Shown: positions 35,771-49,663, numbered from the whole stretch's first letter. The stretch is DNA of 62,486 bases, filler included, from Hausera hauseri (GCA_046269625.1; 12 parts of 12 records of this genome joined end to end with filler, not necessarily neighbours in it); one strand, 5' to 3'. Notes: generated by a model from the sequence alone, not told the origin. Numbers and translations: made by a program.

Positions 35771-37786
35771 AATTGGTTCAAAATTAAGATAAGTCAAACA
35801 CACCTCAGGGTGCCATTCCCGGCCATAATCGGTCGGGTCAATCGGCACCACGAAGAATTTAACACCGACAACTACGTAGAAATTGGATCCATAATAGAAA
35901 ACATACCTCATCCAAAAGGGATATTTAATCCTGGTATGAAGTTTTCTTCAAAAAGTAACCGAAAAGCTTTAGAATGCAAAGGGCAGAAATCGTATAATTA
36001 GTTATTAAATAAAAAACCATTTATTAAAACAACTCGAAAGTAAAAGTGAAACTGTAAATATGAACATATAGTCTTTTTAAACAAGTTCATATAATTTTTA
36101 TGATAAAATCGAACAAATCCACCAAATGATGGTTCTGGCACTTGTTCGTTACATTCACAGATTAAAAAATTTTTATATATCAATCCCAGTTTTCTTTTAT
36201 GATTTTTCGGAATATAAAGTATCCTTTCAGTTTATGCATATAGCTAACTTCTGCCCCTTCGCTAATGGACATTTTTCCAACATTTGAGCAGTACATCCAA
36301 AACTGCCCACCTTTGCCTGATTTCCAATATTTAATAAAGCAAGGCCAAAAATGTTGTACATGTTAAAATTGTGGGTCATAATCTGATAGTTTGCTTAACA
36401 ATCCATGTTCATCAATTTTAAATTTTCGTGTTAAAGACGTTCGGTAGATAATATTTTCGTCGTAGGATAACATGTTTACTGGTAGTTGAATTTGACATGT
36501 TTTATATGTTGGAGTTGTCATATTTACTACAGTTAAATTGCAGCGCTTTGGACCCCTTTGTAATATGATATTATAGTCAGGTTAAATGATACTGCTGGAT
36601 TGTTGCTGGAAGATTTACATTGAATATATGAACGATTTCAGCGGTGCAGAGTGTTGGTGGTACAGGGGCTGCTATTATCAACCTTAAACGATACCTAACA
36701 TATAAAATCCACATTTTTACGTTTGCTGTAATCTCATCATAAAATTTATTTCTATAAACCTGGAGTCGATATGCATCGTTTCAAAATAATTCCTTTCTCA
36801 ACATTTACCGAGTACTATATAGGTTTTGAAAATACTCACATCTGACCAACGTATGCTTCCCTCTTTATTCAATCGAAATATTTCCATGAGCCTCAATAAT
36901 CTGAAGGTTTGAGAGTTCATTCTCTACTTGACTCCGTTTATATGTTTCCTTTTGTACCTTCCGTCACAAGGTCTCCTCGGGCTTCTTGTATAGTGTAATC
37001 TTCCTTCCCAGGCTTTTTCCATATCCTGCCAATTGTTTAATTAACATTTGCCCATCCTTTTCCTGAATATAGATCGGTTTGAATTCGGTGGTGGTGGGTC
37101 GTTATCAGACTTGATATTTGCAATTAAATATCTATTATGATGGTTGAGGACGGTGATCAAACAACTGTATTGTGACATCTTGCATAATTAATAGTGAACC
37201 ACCAATGTCAGAAAGTCAGCTCTGTTTCAGTCATATTACCAGTGAACATTTAAAATATGGATTACACAATATACCAGAGTAACTAATTACACCGCAAAGT
37301 TGTCAAATGAAATGATGATATCTAAAATATGGATTACGCAAAATACCAAGGTGACTAAATTCACCGCAACGAAATTAAATTAAATAAAAGTACCCATAAT
37401 ATTGATTATTAAATACGCTGCAATGAAATTGAATTCTATTTATATTTCGACAACAATTATTTAACCACATTCTAATTATATGTCAATTAAGCATCACAAA
37501 CTGGACCGTCTTTATTTATTCGATGTCGACCACGAATACATCCGTTGTTCAATGTCTGACGACTATATCGCATCTGTATAATACATCGGCCGCAAGAACG
37601 TATTCTACCCCAATTCTGGCACTCCACAGACCACAAGCTTGTTTATTCTTGATCCATCTGATACATACGAATTTTCCAAATGAGTTCATGATGGAATGGC
37701 CTGGGTCATTTATCCTACTTATCATTCTCTATGGGGTTGACGAAATCTCATTCTCTGGCAAACAAACTAAACTCGACCATCTTTGC

Positions 37787-37985
37787 ATTAAATTATATAA
37801 ATAAATCGGACATAATAAAGTCTATTATTACCGCAAATCGTTGAAATCTAATTACAGTAAACACCAAAATCAGTCTTTATATTAAATTATATAAATAAAT
37901 CGGGTATAATAAAATCTACTATTACTCGATCAATAACCGCAAAATCGTTGGAATTTAATTATAATAGACATCAAAATCACTTCTA
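37787..37985. repeat. Imperfect tandem duplication (about 95-105 bp unit)
   Basis: ATTAAATTATATAAATAAATCGG... at 37787 and 37881. Confidence 0.75.
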
Positions 37986-38580
37986 TTGTTAATGTATTTG
38001 TAATAAATGAATCGCCATCATATCAACGGATCATTTGGCATCTCGAATCTTCGTTGATCCCTCTCCGATTTTCGTACATCTTACATCGGTTATTATCGTC
38101 TGAATTTCATATAATTTTCGACTTTCTGATTCACATCGGCTTTCCGAATATCCTTCTATCTTCTGCCATCATCAGCTTTATTCATTGAATCTTTCTAACA
38201 AATTTCAGTTCTCTGGCATCTGATCTTCAGTTATTTGTAACAACTTGCCCATCGTCACACCATTTCAATTTAATTTTATAAATTTTTTATTAATATTACA
38301 AATTCATACAAGCAAAATAAAAACAAAAACAAAACATGAACATAAGTGAACTGAGAATATACGCACCTGATACTGTTTCCAGCGAATTAGAGTAAGCATT
38401 GCTATTGTTTACGGCCATGGTCCTAGCATAATAACAATCATTTTAAAATTCAGCGTAAGACCTAACCTGTAACAAAATCGAATTACTTCGAGTTCCAAGT
38501 GTTTGAGAATTGAAATAAGTTAAGGTTGTTTGTAAGAACTTCACAAAGGTATATATACTTACCTAGTTCTATTTTGGGAG

Positions 38581-38610
38581 TGACGTCATTTTATTTTTAA
38601 AATGACGTCA
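38581..38610. repeat. Perfect 13-bp inverted repeat containing two TGACGTCA
   Basis: TGACGTCATTTTA-TTTT-TAAAATGACGTCA. Confidence 0.85.
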
Positions 38611-38798
38611 TTCTATTTTTGGGTCAATATGGAAACCCCAAACGGATTATCAAATATTTTAGTACTATGATTCATATATGAAAGTTTCATATATCAAGAT
38701 TTAATATAATAATTCTAAATTCGTTACATAATAATTCTAAATTCGTTTTTTCTCTTAATCTATTGATATTTAATGATTCGTTTCAGTTTTTGTTATAA

Positions 38799-38935
38799 AT
38801 TTTAAAATTTAATATAATAATTCTCTCATGTCACTTACTGAAAAACGTATACTCCCAGGTCACTAGATTTTAAAATTTAATATAATAATTCTCTCAGGTC
38901 ACTTACTGAAGAACGTATACTCTCAGGTCACCTAC
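38799..38935. repeat. Tandem duplication (about 68 bp unit)
   Basis: TTTTAAAATTTAATATAATAATTCTCTCA.GTCACTTACTGAA.AACGTATACTC.CAGGTCAC occurs twice. Confidence 0.8.
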
Positions 38936-39006
38936 TCAAGGTCAGGGGTACATTAATTGTACAAAATACAGAGAAAATAGGAATGTCCATCATGTGGGAC
39001 TTGACA

Positions 39007-39197
39007 TGTTACAACAAAAGATAATGGGTAAAAGATAATGGTTTATTTCATTTCAAATGTACAAAAGGTTCAAAATCATTTAATCGTCATCAAAATTACT
39101 AATGTGAAGTGTAAATGTACATTTTTATCAATGAATTCATCACGGAGGGGTTTGTCCAAAATGTTGCTTAAGGAGTCGTAACAGTTCTCCCCCTTTT
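39007..39197 (-). mobile_element. Short 3' LTR (177 bp) with polypurine tract of another LTR element
   Basis: Minus strand AAAAGGGGGAGAAC (39197-39184), then TGTTAC...GTAACA (39183-39007) with an AATAAA inside. Confidence 0.75.
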
Positions 39198-41704
39198 GAG
39201 AAGGATTCGGTCCTCCGGATCACTCTGGGTACTGGCATCGATGAAACTGAGGTTTCTGGGTTTTATCGTCAAAGTCGCATCGTTCACAGGGTTCATCCAA
39301 TGGCATAGTCTATGGGTTCGGTTGTCGTAGGTGTAGGAGAAGTGGTAGTATACTGAAGGTTGCCGNNNNNNNNNNNNNNNNNNNNNNNNNNNNNNNNNNN
39401 NNNNNNNNNTTAATTAATTAANNNNNNNNNNNNNNNNNNNNNNNNNNNNNNNNNNNNNNNNNNNNCTGGATGATCCCTGGTATGGAGTAGTGGCGTTGAG
39501 CTTTTCTGCTGTCACGGCGGTGTCTAGGAAAGTGGACCGAGGTCCTCCAGGCTTTAATGCAATGCTTGGCCTCCTAGAAGTGATCCATCTCTCAACTGGG
39601 GACATCTCGAACCTCCGCCGGTTAGCCGACATATTTCCCTACCGTTGCCTGGGACGACGTCGGAGACGTCTGGCAGAGGATCATGGCTGACCACGGTTTG
39701 TCAGCCCTGGCACTGTGTATCTGGGTCTCCCACACAGTGCCTCAACTCCATGAAATCTAGTAAGCACCTCTACACTTTGTGAAGAGTTTACTTCGAGTGA
39801 TGGCCGCGGTTCCAAATGTTTTTTTTTTTATTTTCTCTTTCTAACAGGTATTCTTAGCGAGGGTATGTCACCCTGGTCAATCTGTTGATCAATTACTGAA
39901 AAGTTGTGTCATCATGAGCAACAAGGGGTGTTTCAGCTGCAACACTCTACTGGGGGCTTCGGTGGTTTTTGTTTTGGCAAACTTTAGGCTAAATAGCAAG
40001 GACATATATATATATATATAGAGAGAGAGAGTTAACAGCAGATAGTAAGAAGAAGCTGCGCTAAAAAAAGAAGTAAAGAAATAAGACAATAAAGGAAGTG
40101 GGAACAATGTGATTCGAACCCGTGATACTGAAACGCGCCTTCAAATTGTTCGTGTAAAGAGCCTGCATACAAAGAATTAACCAAATTTGTATCCCACCAC
40201 CCCTCTCCTCCCCCATTTTGATTTATCATTTTTATCTTTTACAAGTAGCCCACCTTTCCAGTTCCACGTACGTGATTTTGTTGTTTGCTAGAAATGAAGG
40301 CTGGGTGATCAAATTCCTTTTTATTTCCTGGTAAACATTTCCTTTGATATTTTATATCATTTTTTATATGGCAAACCTTTGATTCGAGTCTCTCCCACCT
40401 CCAGGGTATGTATAGAACGTAAAATTAAACTGATGAATCAGTAGAATAAAATACATTATAGTTAGCAACAAGAAGCATAGATACGCCTAAAAACTAATGT
40501 ATCTGTTCAAGAAAACTATACGTTCATAATGCGACTTAAAAGCTTTCCCCGAGCTACGAATAGGTCTGTTCCTGGGTCGGATTTCTACGTAAGTCGAAAT
40601 CGTTACATCTGAATCATAATCATCATGAGGTCCTTCTGTCTGCGCTTTAAAAAAACATTAGGGCACAGGAAAGGATGAATTGATGTTGATGCGCATTAAC
40701 TGGCCTTTTGTTATTGCGAACCATTGTATGTATAATTGACATTGTTAATAATTCTTTACACTTCAACTTGGTCGGCTGGCAAATTGAGTTGTACATAACT
40801 TAGAGTTCGTAATTTGAGACTGCCTGTAAAAAGACATTTTAAAATGTTTTGAAATTTTTATGAAATCAAATATTTAAACGTTGCGAAGTTTAACAAACAG
40901 CTGGGTGTGTTTGCACATAGAGAACGAGACAAAATAAATAATAAATATATAGGGAAAGACATCCGAGATGGCTATTACGAATGCAAAACTCACTCATAAA
41001 TATAAACTTACCTTTACAGTTAATATGTAAATTCAAGTTGATTTGAGGAAGGCAAATGTCAGTCTTAAAGCAGGACAATTCTTTCCCTAGAAAGTTTTAA
41101 TAATTTTTGCTCCATTGTCATAACTTTCAACAAATTATATTAATAATGTTCAAAATACACAAGGCAGCGTCGACAGCAAATCGGATTTCCAGAAAAGTTA
41201 ATGAATTACGTAAGTTCCCAGTTTTACTTTAAACAAGAACTACAAATTTCACACCCCAGTAAACTGAACAGTTGTCTTGTTACTTAAAGCCGTGTACAGC
41301 GTTGTGAATGTAAGATCACGCAGTTTATCGACTGATATTTTTTCGCCTGTTATCTGTCAAATTATCTGTATGTTTTCAGATATCGGGAACTGAAATTAAT
41401 GATAATTATTTATTGTAAGGGCACGCCGAGTTTTAAACGCGTTATTCGAGTCAGGTGATGTTTTATTTGGAAATTAGCCTTGATTGTGCTGCGTCCGATA
41501 AACATTTTTAAGCCCCAGCAGCTAATATGAATACAGCGGTTTACTGGTTTTTCAACAGCCAATGTTCGACTGTGCGGACTACCTTACATGGGAAGATAAT
41601 GGGCCCTTCGATTCAGTATTGTATTTAATGGTCATACAACTGGCGGAACACCAAACCATCGCTGTGGATTTCCAATGCTGACCACCCAATTCATTTATGT
41701 TTAT

Positions 41705-41935
41705 CTCGTTCCATGATGAAAAGTTGTATTGTATTGTGCTCTATTCGTATTGTGTATCCTATCCACCTTTTATGCTGTCAGTGATTGGGTCTGTCCTGTC
41801 CTCTCTAGTAAGCTTTCATTTGAAATGATGACTGGTCATCCTTTATTTGTCTCAGGTTTCTGTTTACAAATGTCTGTAGTTTGCTTCTTTGTTCTACAAC
41901 ATTTCCGAGCCATAAAGCAAGACTGATTTTACGCT
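41705..41935 (-). mobile_element. RTE-type LINE 3' fragment
   Basis: VKSVLLYGSE..KLQTFVNRNLR..ISNESLLERTGQ..RWIGYT, heavily decayed. Confidence 0.6.
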
Positions 41936-42735
41936 TGAGTTAAAAAATTCGATGCTGGGATCAATGTTCTGATATTGATGTAATATCATGTTTCTCGGTG
42001 AGTTAAACCCATGTCTTGCATTGTTAAGTCAAAACGATCAAACATTATGCCTTTCATTGTTAATTCATAACGATCAACAATTATTCACATGACCAGGTCA
42101 CTCGATAGACGGAAAGAAACTGGTTAAAAGCAAAAGGGTGCATTGTTAGTGTGGTTCGTAATCTGATTTCTTGTTTGAGTTGTAAAAGACGAGGTGATTT
42201 TATTGTTGCTGATTCGATCCCCATAGCAGCCAATTTTCTTTCTGTTTTATTTCTGTTTTCCAATAGGTTCTTCTCTGCTCATCAAATTTCTTGTTGCCAA
42301 TCGATTACCATGTTTTAGTACATAATGTTTGCTTGATATGTGTTTGTTCCTGAGCCTCTGCTTTTCCTCTCTATTCCATTGTTAATTCTTGTTATGTCCT
42401 CCACTATGCCCCTACTCTACCAGCACAGCTCCCGCAAGGCATGCAAATTTCTCAATTGGTTTTCCATTGAGAAAGACGGATACGTCTCGCCTACCGATTA
42501 CCTTCATTTATGTGGTAGGCAGGACAGTATGCATCTATGCCCTGCTCTTCTTCAAACTCCAAACGGTTCTGTTAGATCATTATTGTGAACCACGCTGCAT
42601 CTTATGTTAGAATAGAGATTTCCTAATATCTAACAATCTTCAAAATCGAAAGTATTTTTTCAAGTCGAATAAGTTATGTATAGAGATGCTTACCATACTA
42701 ATGACAAATATTATTAAGCGTAGTGTTATGATAAC

Positions 42736-44418
42736 TTGTGCATCACAAACATACTCTTCAAAGAACACCCCAGAAAGCTGTATACATGGATCTCACCAGA
42801 AGGCAACACCAGGAATCAAATAGACTACATCCTAATGCAAGCAAAGATGAGGGTCAAGTATCACAGCCACAAAGACATTACCAGGTGCAGCTTGCGACTC
42901 GGGCCACGAGTTGCTGATAGCAGATTTGAAAGTAAAGCTCAAAAGAATCGCAAAGGAAGCCCAACCAATTCGATATGATTTGAAGACCATACCACCAAAA
43001 TAGAACATTGAAGTCCAAAACAAATTTGAAATTCTAATTGCAATACAAGACTCCTGGTGAGTTAGCCACGCACGCAAGGGAGGTTTCATCTCAACAACAC
43101 AAAACATGTTACCAAGAAAAACTCAGAATAAACAGAACTACATCACAATCGAAACATTACAACTCATAGAAGAAAGAAGAAACGGGAAGGGGTGAAACGG
43201 AACAGAGACAACCATAGAATCTGCACAAGAAAAATCAGAAGAGAAGTCAGGAAAGACAAAAAACAGTACATAACAAATGCATGTAACAAAATAGAAGAAC
43301 TTCAAAAATCAGGAAAAGATGGAGATATGCTCAGAGAAATTAAAGCACTAACTAGAGTTTTTAAATTACAAGTAATAGATGACAAAGAAGGAAAGACACT
43401 ACCAGAGAACAAAGACGTAGCAAGATGGAAAGAATACTGCTGGGGAATGTACAAAGACACCAAAAATAGTACAAAAGCAGTAATGAAAGACGATAATAAA
43501 TACCCAAAACCGATTTTAGATCAAGGGATTTCGGAAATAAATAGTCTTAAAAAAGGGAAACCATCCGGTTGTGATGACATAACCGCTGAATTAATTCAAG
43601 CAGGAGGGGAAGCCAGCACAGGAGTCTATCATGCACTATGTATAAAGATCTGGAATAGTGATGACTGGCCCAAAGTATGGAAAAGATCAGTATATGGTCC
43701 CATACCAAAGAAGATAATATAAAACTGTGCACAAATTACCGCACCATCGCTCTAATAAGTCATGCCAGCAAAATCCTCTTACACGTTATAATGAAAAGAA
43801 TGAAAAAGAAACTAGAAGAAGAAATACACGAAGTGCAAGCTGGTTTCCGACAAGGTAGGGGTATACTGGAACCATAATTTCAACATGAGAAACATCTTCG
43901 AGACGTGCAGAGAGTACAACATGGAAATTCACACTTGTCTTTTTGATTACACCAAGGCTTTTGACCTTGTGCAGCATAACAAGTAATGGAACATCACGAG
44001 AGACACATAGTACACCTAAATGAATCACTGTATCAAGAACAACAAGCAGCTGTAAGGATATCGGGAGAAACATCAAAATGGTTTGAGTTACTAAAAGGCG
44101 TAAGACAAGGATATATACTCTCCCCATGTCTGTTCAACATCTATGACGAGAATACAATGAGAAATGCCAGGAAAGATGAAAACAGTTCAAACTATGATCC
44201 TTTCACAAGGTGGTAACACCCTTCTAGAACTCAGATGATACAGTCCTACTTTCAAATAGTCCTGAAATTCTAGAACAACTGATTCTGACGGTTAAAAAAC
44301 AAAGCGAAGAACATAACCTTTTCCTGAACACAAAACAAAAGCAAAAATAATGACAACTGACAAAACGAATCGCCTGCCCGAAATCACAATCGACAATGAA
44401 GAAATAGAAAATGTTACA
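42736..44418 (+). mobile_element. RTE-clade LINE (APE endonuclease end + RT), decayed
   Basis: LYTWISPEGNTRNQIDYIL; GCDDITAELIQ; NYRTIALISHASKILL; QAGFRQGRG; DYTKAFD; GVRQGYILSPCLFNIY. Confidence 0.95.
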
Positions 44419-44518
44419 NNNNNNNNNNNNNNNNNNNNNNNNNNNNNNNNNNNNNNNNNNNNTTAATTAATTAANNNNNNNNNNNNNNNNNNNNNNNNNN
44501 NNNNNNNNNNNNNNNNNN

Positions 44519-45770
44519 TCCTTTTATAATCGTTGGTCGAGTTGAGTTTGCTAGTAAAACTCTAGTAATTTAAGTCGCAAATCTTGGCATATTCTGGTAT
44601 AATACTGGAAGATTTTGGATGCATCTCTTTAACATTTACAGGTACCTCTCTTTTTTCGCATTCGTAAGTTAGTAAAATTTCATCCGTAACTGCACTAAAG
44701 ACATCTTTCTTCACTGGAATTATTGGTGATGCTAACTATAGATTAGCACAAATTAGAGCCAGTTTAGTTCTCATAATTTCCGAATCTAATTTGCAATCTT
44801 TGGTTATCATTTCTGTGCCCTTTGTAACAAAAGTATTCATCTCTATTTATTAAGTAATCGTCGATTCGTATGTCTTGTGTTTCGAGTTTAAATGTCTTAG
44901 TATCTATTTCCATTTCGTATACAAAAAATGCTTCTTAATTAGTGGCATACATTACCACATCGCAACGTGTGAATACGTCTTTTTTCACGAATTGTAACCC
45001 GTGAGTATCGGAAACTAATGTGGTTAGCGTAGGTTGTACTGCTACGTCTTCTTGCATTTCCGAACCGGTATCAATAATGTTTATATCACGTTTTCCCGAC
45101 GTTTCATTTAACTTTAGTTCTTTAATTTTGATTAAATTATAATCGGTTTAAGTTGGGGATTCCAAAATTACGACTGAACTGCTAAAAGCACAAGTGTCGT
45201 CTTGTATATGACACTTTTGATTTTCACTATAGAGTTTAGTAACTCTGTGAAAAATTGCTTTTTGTGTCCGCATTTCGTTTCATAAAAGTCAACAACCAAT
45301 ATCTTTTTTTATTCGGCTTCACTACATACTTCGGTATGCATATCTAAGTTTCCAACTGTTACTTTGAATGACCTAATTATTTTCCTTGTATTTCTAGCTC
45401 CGTATCATCCCATTTCAATCTACCAGTTTCTCTAATCCGCTTACATTGTTGTCTTTCTAGGTTCATTGGGATTGGTGGAATTGTTGGTTTTATTATCGAG
45501 GAATGTCCATGCATTTGCCCACAGTGGAAAATACTACGAGATATACGTAACATACATTCTATTCCGTCTAACCAAATTAGCTTAAGCATATGATATAATA
45601 CGTAGTCCTTTTCTTTAGTTTGTACTTTATGTGGCCTTGCGTCTTCGCACGTTTCTAAATCCATCAGTGAGTATTTTTGGCCAAGTTTCAATTTTTCGAA
45701 GTCATACACCGTAATAGCCCCCATTTGATTTACTAAAATCATCAAGATTAGGAAGTTAATTAGCCACTTT
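44519..45770 (-). pseudogene. Chuvirus-type (class III fusogen-like) glycoprotein ectodomain, decayed
   Basis: Signal-like KWLINFLILMILVNQMGA, then ITVYDF..YSLMDLETC..IECMLRISRSIFHCGQMHGHSSII..QCKRIRETG. Further on: CHIQDDTC, RCDVVMYATN, DCKLDSEIMRTKLAL..EILLTYEC..MHPKSSSII..ICD. Motif order matches chuviral G as I recall it. Confidence 0.75.
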
Positions 45771-48700
45771 GATTCGTTTTCTTGGTTATTACCTGTTCGT
45801 TTCGTACCACATTTTGAAGTTTGTTATTGCCATTGCTAGAGGATGCTCTATTCTGATGTTCTTCTTTTTCAAATAGTTTGGACCAATTTACTTCTAGAGG
45901 CAATTTTCTAGAAGTTTTTTGGGCTGGACTAGTGGCTCTGTTAAATTCATTTTCTCGCGTTGGATTTGTTTTAATAGCCAAATATAGTAATACCTTTCTC
46001 AATTCTTTTATTGTATTTTCTACCATGACCTTTTCATTCACTATTTCACCGGTTAAGGTGCTTTTTGATAATCTGAAATGAGAGTTTCTCATTGATAGGA
46101 TTGCATTACATATAGATTTTTCTTTCTCGTCTAGTACATCGCCGCACAGACTCGATTAATTTACGAGAAGCATTAAATTCTTCATGATTTCTTTGAACTT
46201 TTCATTATCTGCGTTTAAAGTAGGTATCGATATTTGTCTGAATTCTCCAATCAAGTGTCCATTATAGTCAGTCTCTTCTCGTATTTTCCTTGGTCTACCA
46301 ATAGGGTGTTTCTGTCTTGCTGAAACCAACACAACCTTGCTTGGTGGTACTAAATTTTTATTATATTGTTTCTTGTTTTCGTCTCTTTGAAAGTATTGGA
46401 AATACATTGCCACATCTCGAACTCCCATGATCCGCCCTACACATTAGTTAGTTTTTGCCTTCCGTGTGGCTTCTTTTTTGTCTCCTCAATAGCGACCATG
46501 GCCACTATACGATTCTTTCCTTCTGGAATAATACCAACGTATATTAGTTGTTCTAATTCATCTAATATTCTGCTTTTAAAATGAAGTCAATATCAGAGTT
46601 CGGTTCCACCACCATTATTTATTAACCATTGTTTTATGTCTCTCACAGAGGAATGTGTTGTAAACTCACATTCTTTTTCGTCCATCCATTCAGACGACAC
46701 TTTTACATTTATCATCACATAGGGTTTAGCCCTTAAGATTTTATCATATTTTTGGCATAGCACTATAAATCGTGTTTTCGCTAGATAATTTAGTTGGAGT
46801 AGCTATAAGTTGTCTTAACCTATTTTCAGTAATATTTACGTTAATTAGTTCAATTAAATCTCTTTCCGCTAGCGCAGAATCCAGAAGAATTTCCACATTG
46901 AATGTCTGATTCTGTGGGTACATCGTCGTTCCATACATGTGCAGAGGAGTTTTCAGATTTTCGACACCACGCATCCCATTCTGGGTCGTTTTCATTTTCT
47001 GGAGGTCCGTAGTCAATTATTGGCATACCTGGTTGTCAGATTGTATTTGCACTTCGTTCCGTTACTCTTACTTCGCGTAAGTTTTGTTGCATTTTCACTA
47101 ATCGTGTCGTCCGAAAACAACGTCCATTGCAGGAGAAGTAATGTAACAATGCTAACCGCTGACAGAGTCTGCCTGCATGAATCAATCCTTTTCCTTGGTT
47201 ATGGGTTAGTTCGGAGGTTACATCTCGTTGACATCGTACGATTTCCCATTCGGTAAGAATTTACTTCTGTAAACTTCCAACTCTTTAGTTATCTTATTTA
47301 CTTCTGCTTTTCCTTGGTCTATACGAATTTGGGTTTTTCAAGTGTGACGTATTCGACTCTAGTTTTGTCATTTCCTTATCGCTGATTTCGGCCATTTCAA
47401 ATAATAACAGCGTTAATTTGTACACCTCTTCTAAAATTTCAGAGTCGGAATCGATTCCTTCTTTTACTTTCTTTACGAAGCTTGTCTTCTCGACAGTCAG
47501 TTGATGATCTTCCATTATCTCTATTAATTTGGCATGCCAATTTTGATTTGCTCCGGGAATCCAATAAGATGGATTCTGCAGGAATCTTAATACATAGGCA
47601 TTAGTAGTATCGTAGTCTGAACATATCTCTGATATCTTCATTTCTTGTGATTTCGTTTATGGGTTTCTCCGTTAAATACCGGATCTCTTCTAAGCGAATA
47701 TTTCTAATTCTCGGGTAGAGGTCACATCATATTTTGTTTCGACTTGAAATCCGTTTTCTTGTTCATTTTGTATATTTTGTTTAATATTGTCAGTTCTTCA
47801 TTTTATTCATAAATAATAGTTGTCTTAATTCGTTAAAATGTGTTAGAATATCTGCTTCTGCTGTCAGTATTCAGATATTGCGTAATTTCACTCATCTCTC
47901 CTTAACTCGAGCTGGACGTACTGGTATTTTTGGATACGTTTTGCATTCTGGTGTTTAACTCCATTAGTAAATCGGACCATTCTTATAACTGATTGGATAT
48001 TAACTGGTTTAGCCACTTTTGCTCTCTCCTGTATTTTATAGCTATCTACCATTTTGTCGTCTGGGTCTCGTAAAAATCCTATGATATACTTCGCGTAGTT
48101 AAATTCGTTTTCATATTCGTCAAGTTCTAAAATACAGGCTTTGATTAAATTTTTCGTTTCTTCGCTACTTAGATTTAATATTGGATTTTTCAATTTATAA
48201 ATTTCTGACTGTTTATCATTTTCTCCTTTAACTCGGCATTCGATATCTTCATTTTGTCTACGCTCAATAAATGAAATTCTAATTATTACCACCAGAGGGG
48301 GAATATCTACACAGTCGACGCCCATTATTTCTAAATCAATTTCATTACGTAAATTGAATGGTTTTTCCTTCAGGTAACTGGCAATATTATGTCTAATTTT
48401 ACTCATCAATCCCTGCAAATTGCGGCTCCATCGCTTTTGTTTTGGATTGGCTTACTGAGGTAATTCTTCCGGTTCATCTTAATCGACTATCTTTTCCACT
48501 TTTCCTTCATAGTACAACATTAGCTTTTTATACATTCACTCGGCGAACTGTTGATCTTTATCAGAAATACCTATTTGTTCGGCTATGAGATGGAGTTTTT
48601 CAGAGTTTTTCCTAGTTTATGGGGGCGTCTCTGATTTCTTTTAATTCTTCAGAATTTTTTTCATGACTTTCAAAATTTCCATGTCTTTTTATCAAACTTT

Positions 48701-49156
48701 TCCGTTTGATCGTTTTCATCTCCACTTATAGGTAGTGGACATATATCATTTATTTCGTTAATAGATTCAATTGATCCTTCCGCATCATCGCCGACCACTT
48801 CCTGCAGCGATTTCAGTCTCTTGTTTTCTCTAACTAGGGACCTCGAACGGTCTTTATGTTTCCGTTTTATCGATGGGTTACGACATCTATTTTTCGTAAT
48901 TTTAAGTATTAGCGGCTCCATAAATTCCCTTTCATCATCAACTTCTGTAATTTTGTTCACCTTTTCGACCGTATATTGAGGCTCTGCATCTAAGTCCACT
49001 TCAGTTGAACATTCTTCTTTCGTGCCATATCGGTCCGTTTTGGGGGGCTATTGAGTGCTTATTTTCGGTTTGAAGCTCACGCAGGCCACGATAAACTTTA
49101 GTAGCCGTAGCGTATGCTCATTCATTTCTAGCCATTAGAACTTTCGAGTTATTGGT
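45760..49156 (-). pseudogene. Decayed long polyprotein-like coding region upstream of the glycoprotein, with a ubiquitin-like segment
   Basis: Six same-strand ORF pieces with uniform A-rich coding bias and no obvious intergenic gaps; UBL-like stretch at 46494-46718. Confidence 0.55.
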
Positions 49157-49663
49157 NNNNNNNNNNNNNNNNNNNNNNNNNNNNNNNNNNNNNNNNNNNN
49201 TTAATTAATTAANNNNNNNNNNNNNNNNNNNNNNNNNNNNNNNNNNNNNNNNNNNNTTTATCGCAAAAAGTTACTTTGGAATTTAGTGAGTAATGTCTCA
49301 AGGACAAAACCCTTTGTTAGATGATTTTATTAACTTTAGAAACACGAAAATTGGTCAGTAATGTCACTAGGACAAAACTGTTGTATCCGACGATTTTAAA
49401 ACTTTGATTGTTAGGCTGTGCACACGGAATTATTTTCAAAATTAAAATTGGGACTCGTCTAAGAACAATTTAAGCCGCAATGCATCAACATAAAAACAAA
49501 ACAGCGAACCAATATACTTACTCATTTTCATAAAAAAAACATAACTTTTCTTTTTATTATTTATTTTTTTGTCGCTTCTACATGTACACATATATATATA
49601 AATGGTGGTTAGACCACCCATGCACAAAAATGCAGTCAGCATAATGTCTTGCCGCTGCCATTT

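Noticed and set aside
40004-40031. (TA)n(GA)n microsatellite, and (TA)n near 60624-60642
   Set aside because: Ordinary simple repeats.
40098-40130. tRNA B-box-like GATTCGAACCC (also GATTCGATCCCC near 42211)
   Set aside because: No cloverleaf can be built; at most these are SINE remnants, too weak to call.
49100-49156. PITRK..N..LR as the end of a U-box or RING domain in the contig 9 polyprotein
   Set aside because: Only a few residues at the contig edge; insufficient evidence.
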